From Hemiscyllium ocellatum (lineage: Eukaryota): a stretch of DNA of 64,000 nt. Under the pieces are notes generated by a model. The model was not told the origin of the DNA. It saw only the letters and a list, made by a program, of their open reading frames with translations, and made no database searches. The number at the start of each line of letters is the position of its first letter. Position 1 is the first letter of the stretch. Shown here piece after piece: positions 62,447-64,000 of this stretch. The position numbers and the translations under genes were made by a program. The stretch covers positions 29,813,857 to 29,877,856 of the forward strand of contig NC_083407.1 in the NCBI RefSeq assembly GCF_020745735.1, given 5' to 3'.

Positions 62447-63231
62447 CATTTCAAAAGTGCAAAACTAGAGTATATTTGCAGATAAGTGTAAACAATGTTC
62501 ATTTTTTTAAAAAAAACTTCTTGTTTCCAAAAGCTTTCTCATTTTATTCATTATCACATGACATGGACACCAATGTGTATCAATTGACAATCAAATACAA
62601 TTTAAATACTTCAATAATATAAGTTAATTCTGGAGGAGTAGGCTTCTTGCAATATTAAATTAACTGCAGCAACAAAAGGAAAATTCATGTCACTAATGAA
62701 ACAGAAAAAAACATATATGCAATAAGTAACTTGTGTATCTTGCTACTTAGCTGTCTAATTCATCAGTAGTGAAGACAAATAATTTGACTGTGGCAAGGTG
62801 GAATATTGATTTGACCTTGTCATCTTATATGCAGTTTCATTCATACACTGTGGGTATATGGAGACATAAATATAGTTGGTTCGACAGCAAAAGGCCATAT
62901 TGTCAAGTTCTAGTAATCAGCTATCGGCTGACATGTAGGATCATATGTTTTCTTGGCTAATGAAATGGTAAATGCTACAAAGTATCTAGAAAGGAGGGAA
63001 AAGTACACGAAAGAATGGTGAAGAGCAAAGTTGATTAAGAAAGCTCATGTGGTTAAATAATTTAGGATTGTGAGCAGCAAAATCACTAGATTTAATATAA
63101 CAAGCCTCAGGGTCAGGAGGCTCAGTTCTGGTCCCACCTGCTCCACAGGTGTATTATGACGTACCTGGTGGGCCAGTGGATTAAAAATATCTACAGTGCT
63201 GCCTGTCCTTCACCACAGATTCTGACAGGAT

Positions 63232-63339
63232 AAACACAAACCAGAGCAGAAATTTCTGGAAAAGCTCAGCAGGTCTGGCAGCATCTGTGGAGAGAAATCA
63301 GAATTAACGTTTCAGGTTGAGTGATTCTTTCTGAGAACT
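63232..63339 (-). mobile_element. Penelope-terminal derivative
   Basis: Same family as 3901-4096; the minus strand retains GAAACGTTAA. Confidence 0.65.
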
Positions 63340-63807
63340 CCTCTGTCTGGTAGGATTTCCATTCATCATCTTTCCAACAGGATTAAGTGGGTGATGTTTT
63401 AAAGTAAAACAATCTTCCATTTTGACGGTGCCCTATGTGGGCAGTGCTTGCTAATAATCGAATCAAATAACTTGGTAGAGGTTTCTTTTAAATTAAAAAG
63501 AAAACAGCCTTCCAATTGTCCTGCTTTCTAGGGCCCCAGTAGGAGAAAGCTTTTTCAACAGCTCATGGAAGGGAGACCATACTGTGTTCCAATTCATTAG
63601 CTAGCAAAGATGTGAACATAAGACCTGATTATTATATACTGGCTGTGGAGCAGTAATATGATACTTCCAACATGCATAGTACTTAGATTCCTTTCAATAG
63701 TTAGAAAGAAAAAGAGAGACACAAGAGGTATTGGTTTTTCTAGCAGTACCACACTATCAAAAGACCTACAGCTTGCATCATACTGATAATCACGCTCATC
63801 ATATGTT

Positions 63808-64000
63808 GGGTGGTATGATGGCTTAGTGGTTGGCACTGCTGCCTCACAATGTTAGGGGCCCAGGTTCAGATCCGGCCTTGGGTAACTAGGTCTGCATGGG
63901 TTTCTCCCAGGTGTTCCTCTTTTCTCCCATGATCCAAAGATGTATGGGTTAGGTGAATTAGCCATGCTAAATTGCCCATAGCGTTCTGCTTTGTGTAGAT
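63808..64000 (+). mobile_element. HE1-type SINE, 5' part (runs off the window end)
   Basis: GGGTGGTATGATGGCTTAGTGGTTGGCACTGCTGCCTCACA head; GCCATGCTAAATTGCCC core. Confidence 0.82.

Noticed and set aside
61979-62449. 156-aa ORF with internal repeat
   Set aside because: Its length is inflated by the in-frame 45-bp duplication; no domain or splice context.
1-64000. Prokaryotic systems (operons, CRISPR arrays, defence or retron loci) suggested by the RT ORFs
   Set aside because: Low coding density with vertebrate SINEs, LINEs and microsatellites. All RT hits are CR1/L2-group or Gypsy, and no repeat-spacer array was seen.

Overview
Eukaryotic, AT-rich, repeat-dense DNA from a cartilaginous fish. 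HE1-type tRNA SINEs plus HER1/CR1 LINEs point to an elasmobranch, probably a shark. I cannot support any intact host protein-coding gene, so the window looks intergenic or deep intronic; nearly all listed ORFs are transposon fragments or chance ORFs. Main contents: (1) many CR1 LINE pieces, including one near-full-length but disabled copy (14401-18838) with an esterase-type ORF1; (2) about 8 HE1 SINEs; (3) three Penelope-like (GIY-YIG) 3' fragments and about a dozen short Penelope-terminal derivatives with minimal hammerhead-ribozyme motifs, often as inverted dimers with target-site duplications; (4) a heavily decayed ~8 kb Gmr1-type Gypsy LTR retrotransposon (gag-PR-INT-RT-RNaseH, minus strand, ~25996-33990) that the ORF track barely shows, with younger elements nested inside; (5) an old SINE resembling LF-SINE and a Deu-domain SINE remnant; (6) a diverged 166-bp-period tandem duplication of motif-rich unique sequence at ~7.9-8.2 kb. 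Family assignments rest on hand translation and remembered consensus motifs, not database searches. Boundaries are approximate (tens of bp) unless a TSD is quoted.
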